From NCBI GenBank assembly GCA_013239625.1, contig MU054085.1, positions 1 to 64,000 on the forward strand: a DNA stretch of 64,000 nucleotides. The letters are read 5' to 3'. Below, piece by piece: positions 52,762 through 64,000 of this stretch. The DNA is from Lama guanicoe (taxonomy: Eukaryota). The first letter of the stretch is position 1. Each line of letters begins with the position of its first letter. The notes below the pieces were generated by a model that saw only the letters and a program-made list of their open reading frames with translations, ran no database searches and was not told the DNA's origin. The position numbers were made by a program, and so were the translations under genes.

Positions 52762-53311
52762 CAAGCAGTAGTGACTGTAGAATTTCTAGGTGGGAAAGGC
52801 TAAGAGGACATAAGCTTGCAGGATGAGGATATTTGAGACTGGGATTGCCAATGTATATTTTTTAGATACTAGGTACACTAGTGATACAAAGTTAAATAGG
52901 TTTAACTGGGTTTCATTACCATATGAATTCACATAGCCCTAGACAAGAAGTGTAAGTTGTAAACCTATGAGAGGAAAATGAAATACCCAGGATTTTCCAA
53001 ATTCATGGTACAACAGGGTTCTGTGGATCACGGATTCTATAACACTGTTGTAGGGGATGCAGTGAGGCAGGAAAAAAAAAAAAAGGAACCAAAAAGAAGA
53101 GCTATGCATTTATTTACAAAATAAATCATTATTTTTAGATGATACAATTGTTTCTCTAGAAAATTTAAGAAAAGCAATTGAAAAACTGTAAGGCCAGCTA
53201 CAACATAATTAGCTTTACAATATATCAGCAAAACCAGTTAAAAATAAGAATAGCATCATATTTAAATACTATAAAATATGAAGTACCTAGGAACAAAATT
53301 AATAATAAATA

Positions 53312-53351
53312 TACTGGATCCATATGTACTGGATCCATATGTACTGGATCC
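53312..53351 (+). repeat. 15-bp tandem repeat (tactggatccatatg x2.7) within a decayed L1 relic
   Basis: Exact units at 53312, 53327 and 53342. Confidence 0.9.
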
Positions 53352-54079
53352 AAAAAGTACTCCCAAGGAACATAAAAGAACATATGAGGATCATTTTCAA
53401 GGTTATGAAGAGGTTAACTTCTTAATTATGGGTATAGTACATACATAATTAAAATAATGACAGGAATTTAAAAGGAATTTAACAAAATAATTAAAAAGTT
53501 ACCTAAGAAACATTCTATTTTCACATTGTATTTTTTGAAATAAAAATGCATATATATTACTTTTGCAAGGAGAAAAAAATACAGCTATGAAAATGCAATG
53601 AGCAAATACAGAAAAAAAAATTAGAAAAGAAGTTATATGGGAAGGACTTACCTGATGTGAATATAATATATAAAAAGACTGTGAAAAAATGACGATTAAT
53701 TTCATGTACTGCCTCAAGACATAAATAAGCAAATCTCCAATGAAGACATACAAATGGCCAATAGGCACATAAAAAAAATGATCTCAGAGCTCTCCCTGGG
53801 TGGGGATCCAATAACTCCATTCTTAAAATATATGAAGAGCCATCACATCCTGGAAGGCCCAGGAAAAGGTATTTGGCTTCCATAATTGTTTCAAACTTAT
53901 CCCATGTTGTAGCGTTCTTGTTCTCAATCTCCATTCACCCATTCCTCAGACATGGTGCTCTTAGGATAAACTCAAAACATGTATTTTTTGGTTTGTCTGA
54001 TTAAACTCATTTCTATTTCTCCTCTTTCCAAAAAGTTCTGAGGCTGTTAGTAGCAACAAAGCAAATAAAATGGAAATAG

Positions 54080-55945
54080 TATCAGCTGGAAGGATAATGC
54101 ACAATGTGAGTGTTGAGTTAAGGTCTATTCAATATCTTACTGAGGACTATAACCCGGGAGCCAGCCTCTCAGCTAGCTCTGAGGAACTCTTCCAAAGAGA
54201 TAGGGGGGAAGGCTAGTTTATATGTAATTTTTATTAGTGAATACACCCACTTGAGCATACATCTTGGTGAATGATTACTGCTAGTCAAAAAGAACAGTAA
54301 TCTCAAGTTAATGATTGCAGTGCTTTTCTATGTATGGCAAAATGCAAGAAGTGAGGTTCATTAAAATTCTTCCTGAAAGGCATCTATCTAAGGGAGTGTT
54401 TGTCCAAGGCACAGAGCATCTTGTTACAATCTTTAATTTCTTCTGCCTGAATCACAGAGTGCTTGCTTCATCCTGTTACTGCCTTAATCCCTTTGTCTAA
54501 AGTGCTGAATGTGCTGTCAGTCAGTGACAGCAGCATGTTAATCTTTGCAGACTTGGATGCTGAGTGAAATGCTCTTTGCTTTTCTTTTGTTTGCCCCTTT
54601 TGGTTACAAATTCAAACAAAGTTTGGGAGGCATTTTATGATCAATTTGTCCCATGGCCCTAGGAAGGCTAATTCCCAGGTGAAGACATGATTTCATTGAT
54701 AGACCGCTTGATGTCCTGTGACTGAACTGGGCTGGTCTAATGGAAGCATAAATGTCCCCGGATCACCTGTTTCACTAGTCTGTTATGGTCCAGGAAATGA
54801 TTCTCTCTAGAGTTTACACTACTGTAATCAATCTTAATCTTATACAGAATTGTATAGCTGGCCAATTGTTTCTAGTCACTTAGTCATCATTGTTTTGTCA
54901 GAAACCCAGTTGCACATAGTGAAATACAAGAAACAACAATCTTGTAAAATAAACAGAATACAAGTAATATAGCTAGTGGCAATAATAAGGTCATAATCAT
55001 ATATGAAAGTCCAAGAAGTCAAGAAAACACTATAAATAATCATACAGGTCAAGTCTGGTGTCTTGGTATAGCTGTCTACTTCTGATGTCATCTTCTTGTC
55101 CTAGTGTCTTCTCTGTTTGAGAGTTGCTATAAGGTGAGTTTGAGGTTAGTGATCCTCTCTATAGACCAGTCCAGTGCAGGGGCCCTTTACAAGTGGGAAA
55201 TATGAACCTAAGAGTCAATTTCCTTTAGTTTGTGGTGCATTAGCTAGTTAAAAATACCTGATAAGGGCCTTTCCATCTAGGCTGGAGAGGGTCCTTTAAA
55301 TGATGTCTTTTCCAGTATGTGCTCCTGGTTGTAGATCATGGGGTATTTGATCTTCATCAAAAGATAGATTACTGTGGTAAACTATGAAGGCAAGCTTAAA
55401 ATGTCTTTCAATAATTTAATTAACCTTTGTAATAATGTAACACAGCAACAAGGAGCCAGTTAATAGTGAGTCTTAGGCAGGAAATACCAAACCTTACAGA
55501 TAATTAATAGCACTAGAATTTAATATACATAAAGGTATATTACTGAAACATACTTTTCTTCTCTAAAATCATCCTCCCTTCCACCAAATGTACCCAAGGT
55601 GAGACTAACTTATTTACAAAATAAGTCTGGTTTCTATAAACTTGGCCTGATTGTTTATATAAGTTTATCAAAAATAGCAATTGATCATATAGGTGCTTTT
55701 AAATTTGCTTTGCTGGAATTTTTCATAAGGAATCACAGAACTTTAAAAGGTCTTTCATGGCCAGGAAAAGTTGCACCAAAGACTTTTCAGATTATCCTAT
55801 AATGCCTATGGATTTGAGTGAATTCCTCTCTCACTGAAATCCCCCAAATATCTTGAGGTTCCTACACCTGTCAAGAGGTAACATTTCTTATTTACCTGGT
55901 AAGGTTGCTGGGAACCTCATAAGTAAGTTACCAAGCTATATTCCT
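54080..55945 (-). mobile_element. ERV1 proviral remnant: 3' LTR, PPT and internal fragment with integrase C-terminus
   Basis: LTR ~54080-54593 is related to 9632-10139; PPT (ccccttttgg ~54594-54603); minus translation of ~55190-55345 gives HDLQPG..WKRHHLKDPLQPRWKGPYQVFLT..VHISHL (GPY/F motif) with stops. Confidence 0.8.
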
Positions 55946-56336
55946 ATAATCAACCAGTGTCAGTGAGCCTGCCTAAGCCCCTCTCTCAGATCCCCCTGAG
56001 AGACTTCATACTCGAGAATCTTCTTGAGAAAATGGATGGAGGTCTCTATGTTCTGCAGCTTTTTCTTTCTGTACAGGGGCGAATGCCTACCTACCAGAAT
56101 AGAAGTCTCTCTATCTTTTCTAAATCTAGGTAATCTGACCTTGGGATAGGCTTCCATCTGTGTAGCAGCAGAATCTTATTTTGAAACTGCTAGGGATGAT
56201 TTGAAATGAAGCTGGAAACTACTTGAATTAAAATGGTAAGCAGGGCTAACAGGATAATTATGGCAGGGCCTCAGAAGGGCAATACCCAAGGCAGGACACT
56301 AGGCATTTGCCAGCTGAGTTCTTCATTCCATTTTCT

Positions 56337-56439
56337 TTTTTAAAATTTAGGAAAAAATTTAATTTTTAATTTATTTTTTATTGAAGTACAGTCAATTAAG
56401 ATGTGTCAGTCTCTGGTGTACAGCACAATGTCCCAGTCA
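56337..56439 (-). mobile_element. Short L1 3' tail
   Basis: ttattgaagtacagtc..tctggtgtacagcacaatgtcccagtca; TSD cttcattccattttct 56321-56336 / cttcatcccattttct 56440-56455. Confidence 0.85.
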
Positions 56440-56739
56440 CTTCATCCCATTTTCTGACGCTTCCTGCCTGCTCTAATAGTCTTCTGTTCTCTTCTTGTAC
56501 CTGGTCTGATTGGTTATAATCCCCTGTGCGGCCAGGTTTAGGGCAGGCAAGGTGGGAAAGAAATGGATTTAAATGAGCTACTACAAGCTACTGAAGATAT
56601 TTCCCTATGCTATACAGTACAAATCTGTTTATCTATTTTATATATATCTGTCAGTATCTGCAAATCTCAAACTCCCAGTTTATCCCTTCCCACCTCCCTC
56701 CCCCCTGGCAACTGCAAGTCTTATTTGGCGATTTACTTT

Positions 56740-57250
56740 GCTCTAAGACTGAAGATCATAATGCTTATCAAGGCCCATAAAGGTGTCTAAGATTCTCTGC
56801 CTCCCTTTTTTCCAGCTTTGTCTTCCATTACTCTTTCCTCTCTCTTCAAGCATCCAGGCACATTAGCCTTGTGTTTTCAGTGCCTTGAATACGCCACACT
56901 CCCCCTTATCACAGGCTTTTCTCTGTGTCGTTCTCCATGCTTGACACCCTGTTTTGTTCCTTTTATTGGGTTAACTGTCATCCCCCCCAGGGCCTTACTT
57001 CCTCAGAGAAAACTTCCCTGGCATCAAATTCTAGGTCCAGTTCTTTTATAACAGGCTCTCATATAAAAGCTTTTTTCCCTTTAATAGTCCTTATCCCAGT
57101 TTTTAGTTTAATCCCTCTTTTGTGGGATATTTAAAACAAAAAATAACACGTCTTCTCGTTAAGCTGAGAGCTGCTTGCAACTGGGAACCGTGTCTGATTT
57201 TACTGCCATTGCATCCTTGATGATCAGCACTGGGCTGATTTTGTGTGGTA
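56740..57250. mobile_element. L2 relic
   Basis: ttacttcctcagagaaaacttccctg..gggaaccgtgtctgatttt..gcatcc..agcactgggc. Confidence 0.45.
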
Positions 57251-58355
57251 GGAGATTTTGTATTGCAGGAGATCAAAGAGTGAATGGGTGAACAAGGCAC
57301 TCTCAAGTCCTGAAAGATGCTTCAAATTTCTTGTCACAAAGACCATTGGAGGTTATTTCTAGAATACCACAGTACCAGTGGGGCTTCTATGGAAGTTACT
57401 AATGCTCTGTGAGGGAACATTTCCAGGGGTAATGTTTGTAAGTGTTTGTTGAAAGAGTGAGTTTCAAGGAATCTCACAATTAGCCCTGTTCTGATTATGT
57501 AGACAAGAAAGGTCATCTAGAGAGTCTACACCCCAGCTGTCTATCACACTCCTGGTGCTGCCTTTGGCATCACAGCGTCTAATGGAACATACAATGTTTG
57601 TTACCTAAAGAGGAAAAAAATTTGAGGTAAGTCTCTTTACTTCTGGTAAAAAGAAAATATATCCAACTTATGCTGCTTCTGTCTTTTTTATTTCACCCTT
57701 CTTTCCTCTTTCCTTCACTGTGCACATGAGCAACATTGCTCTGGCAAATAGATTTCCTCCTTTACTTGAATATGAATCCGAGTTCATATGAGTTGAACAT
57801 AAAGGGAAAGTTGTAAATGATCGAAAAAATCATCAAGTTGAATTGAATGTTCGGATTCTATAAAAAATAAAGTTTGTTCACATAAAATTCAGGGAAAACA
57901 AACAATTCCATCCCGAGCTGGACAGAGTTCAACACTGGTGTCTCCCAGGAGTTGGCAGCTTTGGCACATGTTTAGAAATTTGAGGAGTGAAAATTTTGTA
58001 CTTCAATTCTGGTTTTGAAACCTTGCATGAAGGAAGATTCAGACAGAGGAAAGGGGTGAGTGGAAGTTAGTAAGCTTCTTTATGTTTAAGGGAGAATGTT
58101 GGAATGTTGGAAGGAGACAGTAGGAATGGGGACTCAGGGTGGGCAAAGTTGAGAAATAGATTGAATCATCACCTCCTTTTACATTTCCTTCCTCTGTCTT
58201 TCTTGTGGCTCTGACCCTGGGCTTTGCCCCCCATCAGCTTCTTAAGCACAGTTCTTTGAGAGTCTACCGAGACTAAGTAAGGCCAGCCTGTGTGTTAGGA
58301 AGTCCCTCCATTCACCTGCTTATAATTCATCCCCTTCCTCATCAACTTTCCAACC

Positions 58356-58845
58356 TGTTGTCTGCTGAACAGAAAAACACAACCGGAAAGTTGAGGGTTA
58401 TATTTTATTTGGGGCAATCCTGAGGACTTAAGCCCAGGACACAGCCTCTCAGATAGCTCTGAGGGACTGTTCCAAAGAAGTAAGCGAGGAACCAGGATAC
58501 GTAAGAGTTTTTGCAAAACAACAACAACAACAAAACAACAACAACAACAGCAGCAGCAACAACCAACCAAACAACAAACCCACACCCAACCCCAGGTAGT
58601 TGGAACATCAAAAGATTGTCATTAATTAAAGAAAAACAGACATCTTAAGTTAATACGTTTAGCACTTTTGTTTTTTACATATGGGAAAATGCAAGAGTCT
58701 GGGCTCATTTAAATCATTTCTTTGATATGCACCTTAACTATGTGGGACCAATATCCTGTTTTTGTCCACCCTGAATCTCCTCAGGCTACATAGTTGCGAG
58801 GCAGCTGCACTGGCTGATGGCTTGATGGCTGCAACATCCTGTCTT
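58356..58845 (-). mobile_element. ERV1-class LTR (same group as 9632-10139), with CAA/CAG microsatellite
   Basis: ctgaggacttaagcccaggacacagcctctcaga..aattaaagaaaaacagacatct..gtctgggctcatttaaatcatttctttgatatgcacct is shared with 9632-10139. Confidence 0.82.
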
Positions 58846-59239
58846 CAAATACTTGCATAAGGCATTCAGCAGAGGCCCTCTTTCTGAGCGTACAGGTTAG
58901 ATTCAGAGCAAGATCATTATTATTTTTATTAGCCCCTACATATTAGCTCCTGGTTTTACTTCATGTTGTGTGGGCTCAGCTAAACCTATTGATTTCCTTT
59001 AGTATGTTTAGTTAATATTGTTGAATAGGCAGATTTATATAACCTGTCTTACAGTACCAGGCAGGGGAAGCAGTCCTCAGTGAAACATGTCTATCCTGAA
59101 ATATAATTAAGCAAAAGAGATGTAACCATCTTATATAAAGCCCATTTAAATACACAATTTTTTAAACTTTTATCTCAGTTCTACCAACTCCTTTGCCTTA
59201 AATTTTAGTTTCTATTAGGGCTCCATTAAAAAGCCTTAG

Positions 59240-62200
59240 TCTTTTTAAAATTACAGTATAATCAGTTTATAATGTGTTAATTTCTGGTGTACAGCATAGT
59301 GATTCACTTATAAATGTATACATATATGTATATGTGTATGTATATATATATATTCCTTTTCATATTCTTTTTCACTATAGGCCATTACAAGATATTGAAT
59401 ATAGTTCCCTGTGCTATACAGTAGAAATGTTTATCTATTTTATATATATTAGTATCTGCAAATCCTGAACTCCCAATTTATCCCTCCCTACCCTATTTCC
59501 CCTCTGGAAACCATAAGTTTGTTTTCTATGTCTGAGTCTATTTCTGTTTTTCAAATAAGTTCATTTGTCTTTTTTTTTTTTTTAAAGATTCCACATATAA
59601 GTGACATCATATGGCATTTTTCTTCCTCTTTCTGGCTTACTTCACTTAGTACCACAATCTCCAGATCCATCCATGTTGCTGCAAGTGGCATTATTTTATT
59701 ATTTTTTTATGACTGAGTAGTGTTCCATTGTATATATATATACACCACATCTTCTTACTTCTGTCATTTGTTGATGGATGAGGGGCATGGATCTTTTTGA
59801 ATTAGTTTCCTCTGGCTATATGCCCAGGAGTGGGCTTGCTGGATCATAGGGTAAGTCTATTTTCAGTTTTTTTTTTCAGGAATCTCTGTACTGTTTCAGG
59901 GAAAACATAATGGCTGCACCAAACTACATTCCAACCAACATTGTAGGAGGATTCTCTGGCATTTATCATTTGCAGACTTTTTAATGATGGCCATTCTATC
60001 CACTGGGAGGTGATACCTCATTGTAGTTTTTCTTTTTTTTAATGTATACTTATGTTTTTGGTGGGGGGAGGTAATTAGGTTTATTTATTTATTTCTTAGA
60101 GGAGGTACTGGGGACTGAACCCAAGACCTCATCCATGCTAAGCATGAGCTCTACCACTTGAACTATACACTTCCCCCATCATTGTAGTTTTGATTTGCAT
60201 TTCTCTGACAATTAATCATATTAAGAATTTTTTTTCAGGTATCTTTTGGGAAATTTTGTCTTCACTGGAGAAATATTTACTTAGGTCTTCTGTTCATTTT
60301 TGGAGTTTTTGTTGTTGTTTTTGTTATTGAGCTGTATGAGCTGTTTGTATATTCTGGAAATTAAGTCCTTGTCAGTTGCATCATTTGCAAATATTTTCTC
60401 TCATCCTGTATGTTGTCATTTTATTTATGGTTTCCTTTTCTGTGCAAAAGCTTTTCAGTTTAATTGGGTCCTATTTGTTTATTTTTGCTTTTATTTCTAT
60501 TACTTTAGTGAATGGATGGAAAAAGATATTGCTGCGATTTATGCCAAAGAGTATTCTGCTTATGTTTTCCTCTAGGAATTTTAGAGTAGCTTCTCTTACA
60601 CTTAGGTCTTTAATCCATTCTGAGTTTATTTTTGTATATGGTGCTAGAAAATGTTCTAATTTTATTCTTTTACATTTAGCTGTCCCATTTCCCAGCAACA
60701 CTTATTGAAGGGCTGTCTTTTCTCCATTGTATATTCTTATCTTCTTTGTCATAGATTAATTGACCATAAGTGCATGGGTTTATTTATGGACTTTCTATTC
60801 TGTTCCACTGATCTATGTGTCTGTTTTTGTGCCAGTACCATACTGTTTTGATTACTGTAGCTTTGTATTATAGTCTGAAGTCAGGGAGCATGGTTCCTCC
60901 AGCTCCATTCTCTTTTCTCAAGATTATTTCGGCTATTCAGGCTCTTTTGTGTTTCCATGCACATTAAAAAATTTTTATTTCAGTTATGTGAAAACTTCCA
61001 TTGTTAATTTGATAGGTATTGCACTGAATCTGTATAAGGCCTTGGGTAGTATGCATGCCCTTTATTTTAAAGTCATTTGTCTGATGTTAGCATTGCTATC
61101 CTTGCTTTCTTGTCATTTCCATTTGTATGAAATATCTTTTTTGTCCCCTCACTTTCAATCTATGTGTGTCCTTTGCCTTAAAGTGGGTCTCTTGTAGGTA
61201 GCATATTGTAGGCCCTTGTTATATTATCCAATCTGCTACTCTATGTCTTTTGACTGGAGCATTTAATCCATTGATATTTAAAGTAATTATTGATAGATAT
61301 GTATTTATTGTGTTTTTAAACCTTGTTTTCCAGTTAACTTTGTATTTCTTCTTTGTTTCTTTTATTTTCTTTTTGTTTTTCCTTTCTTGGTTTAATAATT
61401 TTCTTTTGTGTTATCCTTGAGTTTTCTTCTTTTTGGTTTTTGTGACTATGTTGTATGTTTTTGATTTGTGGTTATCCTGTTTTTCAAGAATATTGACCCA
61501 TTACTATACCTACTTGCCTTAGAGTAGTAGTCATATAGGGTCAAACACATTCTTAAACAAACAAACAAACAAACAAAACTACATTTTTACTCCCCTCCAT
61601 CATATTTTATAATTCTGGTGTCCTCTTTTACATCTTCATGTTTATTCTTTTGCTATTCATTGTAGTCATTGCTTTCACAATTTTTTTTTATTTTTAAAAA
61701 TCAATATACTGATTTACAGTGTACAGAAATAAGTGATTTATCTTCCAATTGTGATCTTCTCTTTCCTATGGATTCCTGCTTCTTTTCTATTTAGAGAAGA
61801 CCTTTTAAAATTTCTTCTAAGATTGATTTAGTATTGCTGTATCCTTTTAGTTTTTGCTTGTCTGAGAAATTCTTTCTCTCTCCTATTCTAAATGATAATC
61901 TTGCTGGGTTGACTCTTGTAGGTTGCAGGTTTCTCCCTTTCAGTCCTTTGAATATATTTTGCTACTCCCTTCTTGCCTGCAAAGTTTCTGTAGAGAAATC
62001 AATTGATGGCATTATTGAGGTTTCCTTGTAACTAACTCTTTGTTTTTCTCTTACTGCCTCTTGCTCCTCTCTTTATTTTAACTTTTGTCATTTTGATTAT
62101 AAAATGTCTTGGCGTGAGTCATTTCGAGTTCATCTTGTTTGAGACCTTCTGTGCTTCCTATTCTTGGATATCTGTTTCCTTCTTTAGGTTTGGAAAGATT

Positions 62201-64000
62201 TTACCCATAATGTCTTCAAAAACATTTTCAATTCCCTTTTCTCTTCTTTCTCCTTCTGGAATCCCTAGGTAATGTGTAGATTGGCAAGCTTTATAGTATC
62301 CCGCAGACCTCTTTCTTGCTTTCATTAAAAAAAAATGTGTCTTTCTTTCTGTTGTGCTAATTGGGTGATTTCCATGACTCCATCCTCCAGGTCACTTAAT
62401 CTTTCTTATGCATCATCCAGTTTGTTATTTATTGTCTTTAGTTCAGCTTTCAACTCAGCAAGTAAGTTTTCCAATTTTAAGTGGCTCCTCCTTATAGTTT
62501 GTAGTTCCTTTTTACATTTGTATCAGCAGCCTTTCTTAATTCCTTCAGTACTTTTATTACCTCCTTTTGAACTTAGGATCTGGTAGACTGGAAACATATG
62601 TTTCAGTGTTCTTTCAGAGGCATTCTCTTGATATTTTAATAGGGAGTGGTTCTTTTGCTTCTTCATTTTATTTATATTTCTCTGACTCATGATTTTAGGA
62701 GGAGAAATGTTTATCTACTCTGGTCTTGAAGGGCTGTTTTTATGTGGGACTGTCCCTCTGTAGCCTGTGTGAGTCTAATATTTTTTGTGTAGGGCTCTTT
62801 TTAGTGTATGTGCTTGCCATGTCTTTCCTCAGTGTGTGCTAGCCATTATTCCCTCAATAGGAAATGTGATTGGTATTGTGGTGACCAGAGCCTGTACTGG
62901 ATGTTGAGTGGGGCCTCATTTTTTTTCTCTGTGTTGTCACAGTCATGTCAGGGGCAGAGTTTGCCCCCAAGTTATTGGAGTAGATGCCCCCAGATCTGTT
63001 TCTGAACTTCAGTGTGAGGTAGGAAGGACTGGAGAGCTTCTGCTGGGAGAGGAGCCACTGAGTATCCTTCTGTAGGATCTATCCACCAGAAGATGTGCTC
63101 TGTGGTGTCACCTGCCACTCATTAGGCAGACTCACAAAGAACAGTGTTGGCACTGCCTTTGGCCCAGCCTCAACCATAGGAATGCAGGCAGCCAGCCTGG
63201 GAATCCCTCATGTGCTGTGGTCCTAAAGACATCCAGTGCATATTTGTGGCACAGATCTGCTGGAGTCAGGCACTGGGACTGCCATAATAGCGCACCTGGA
63301 CCCACTGCAGGAGCTACAGAATCAGCCCAGACTCTGGCCCTGCCTCTGTGTGTGGATACCCCCAAAGCTTGCAGCCATTAATGCCAAACCTTCCCCAACC
63401 AGGAGAGCACAAATAATCCACTAGGTGTCCCATGGGCGCAGAGTTTACAAGCCTGCATAAATCCATGGATCTTACAGATGCTGCTTCTGAAGTTTGGAGA
63501 AACTTGAGGATTGGATCAGATTCCACTGCCTGTGCATGTGGGCAAACTGCAAGTGCTTGCATGTTCCCAGATCTCATAGAGAAGGAGCTGTGCCTGCTGT
63601 GAGCAAGCCTAGAGTGAGGCTACTATTGAAGGGTCCCACCCTCTTCCTTCTCACATGAGTTAATAATGGGGCTAACAATGGGGCTTCTATGGTGAACCCA
63701 GGCTCAGTCTTGTGCATGCCCCCAGTTATGGTTTGACCCACACTCCAGCCCCTTTTGGCTGTTTCTGTGCAGCCAACTCTAGTCCTCTAACTCAGGTCTG
63801 TCTTCTGAAGCTCAAGTTTTAGCTCCCAGTCCTCATGTGCACCAGCATATGACCATCTTGGTTTGAGGAGTGCAGGGAGGTGGCCAGGAATGGCTGTGCT
63901 GGTCTCTCTCCATTCTGATGGCTGCAATCTGGCTGCTGCGCTTTTCTCTGAGCCTCTAAAGCTTTCTGTCTGTCCTGGCTGATTTCCCAGACAGTGAAGG
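59240..64000 (-). mobile_element. Long L1 (3'UTR, ORF2 3' part, ORF2 start, ORF1, 5'UTR) with an internal ORF2 deletion; runs off the window
   Basis: 3'UTR ~59240-59700; ORF2 C-terminal part to ~61030 (PYTKINSEWIKDL..LEENI); abrupt switch to endonuclease-start sequence at ~61035; ORF1-like ~61800-62600; 5'UTR-like beyond. Confidence 0.88.
60031..60178 (-). mobile_element. vic-1 type SINE nested in L1
   Basis: ggaggtactggggactgaacccaagacctc..tgctaagcatg..ctctaccacttgaactatac; TSD tcattgtagtttt on both sides. Confidence 0.92.

Noticed and set aside
53316..53351. Cloning-linker contamination (BamHI/NdeI sites)
   Set aside because: No adjacent vector sequence; the flanks are continuous L1-like genomic DNA.
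54080..58845. Paired LTRs of a single provirus
   Set aside because: The two LTRs differ substantially, and older L2-like and unique sequence lies between them.

Overview
Mammalian, repeat-dense, apparently intergenic or intronic DNA. It is very probably camelid (alpaca/llama/camel), because it carries four tRNA-derived SINEs of the vic-1 type. I found no intact protein-coding gene, RNA gene or CRISPR array; nearly all ORFs in the track are short random or repeat-derived frames. The one clear gene-derived feature is a full-length, intronless, disabled processed pseudogene of KPNA2 (importin alpha-1) on the minus strand (~50110-52109), with a poly(A) tail and a target-site duplication (TSD). 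The rest is layered transposable elements: many L1 3' ends with recognisable TSDs, larger rearranged or internally deleted L1s, ERV1/ERVL/MaLR solo LTRs, one ERV1 3'-LTR plus internal fragment with an integrase remnant, hAT DNA transposons, L2/MIR relics and microsatellites. There is a 380-N assembly gap. The most notable oddities are a near-perfect 242-bp tandem duplication, two internally deleted L1s with related 5'UTRs, a chimeric L1 tail with an apparent 3' transduction, and a twin-primed L1. I do not see a supportable novel biological system. Repeat family names come from recall of consensus motifs, not from a database search, and boundaries without TSDs are approximate.
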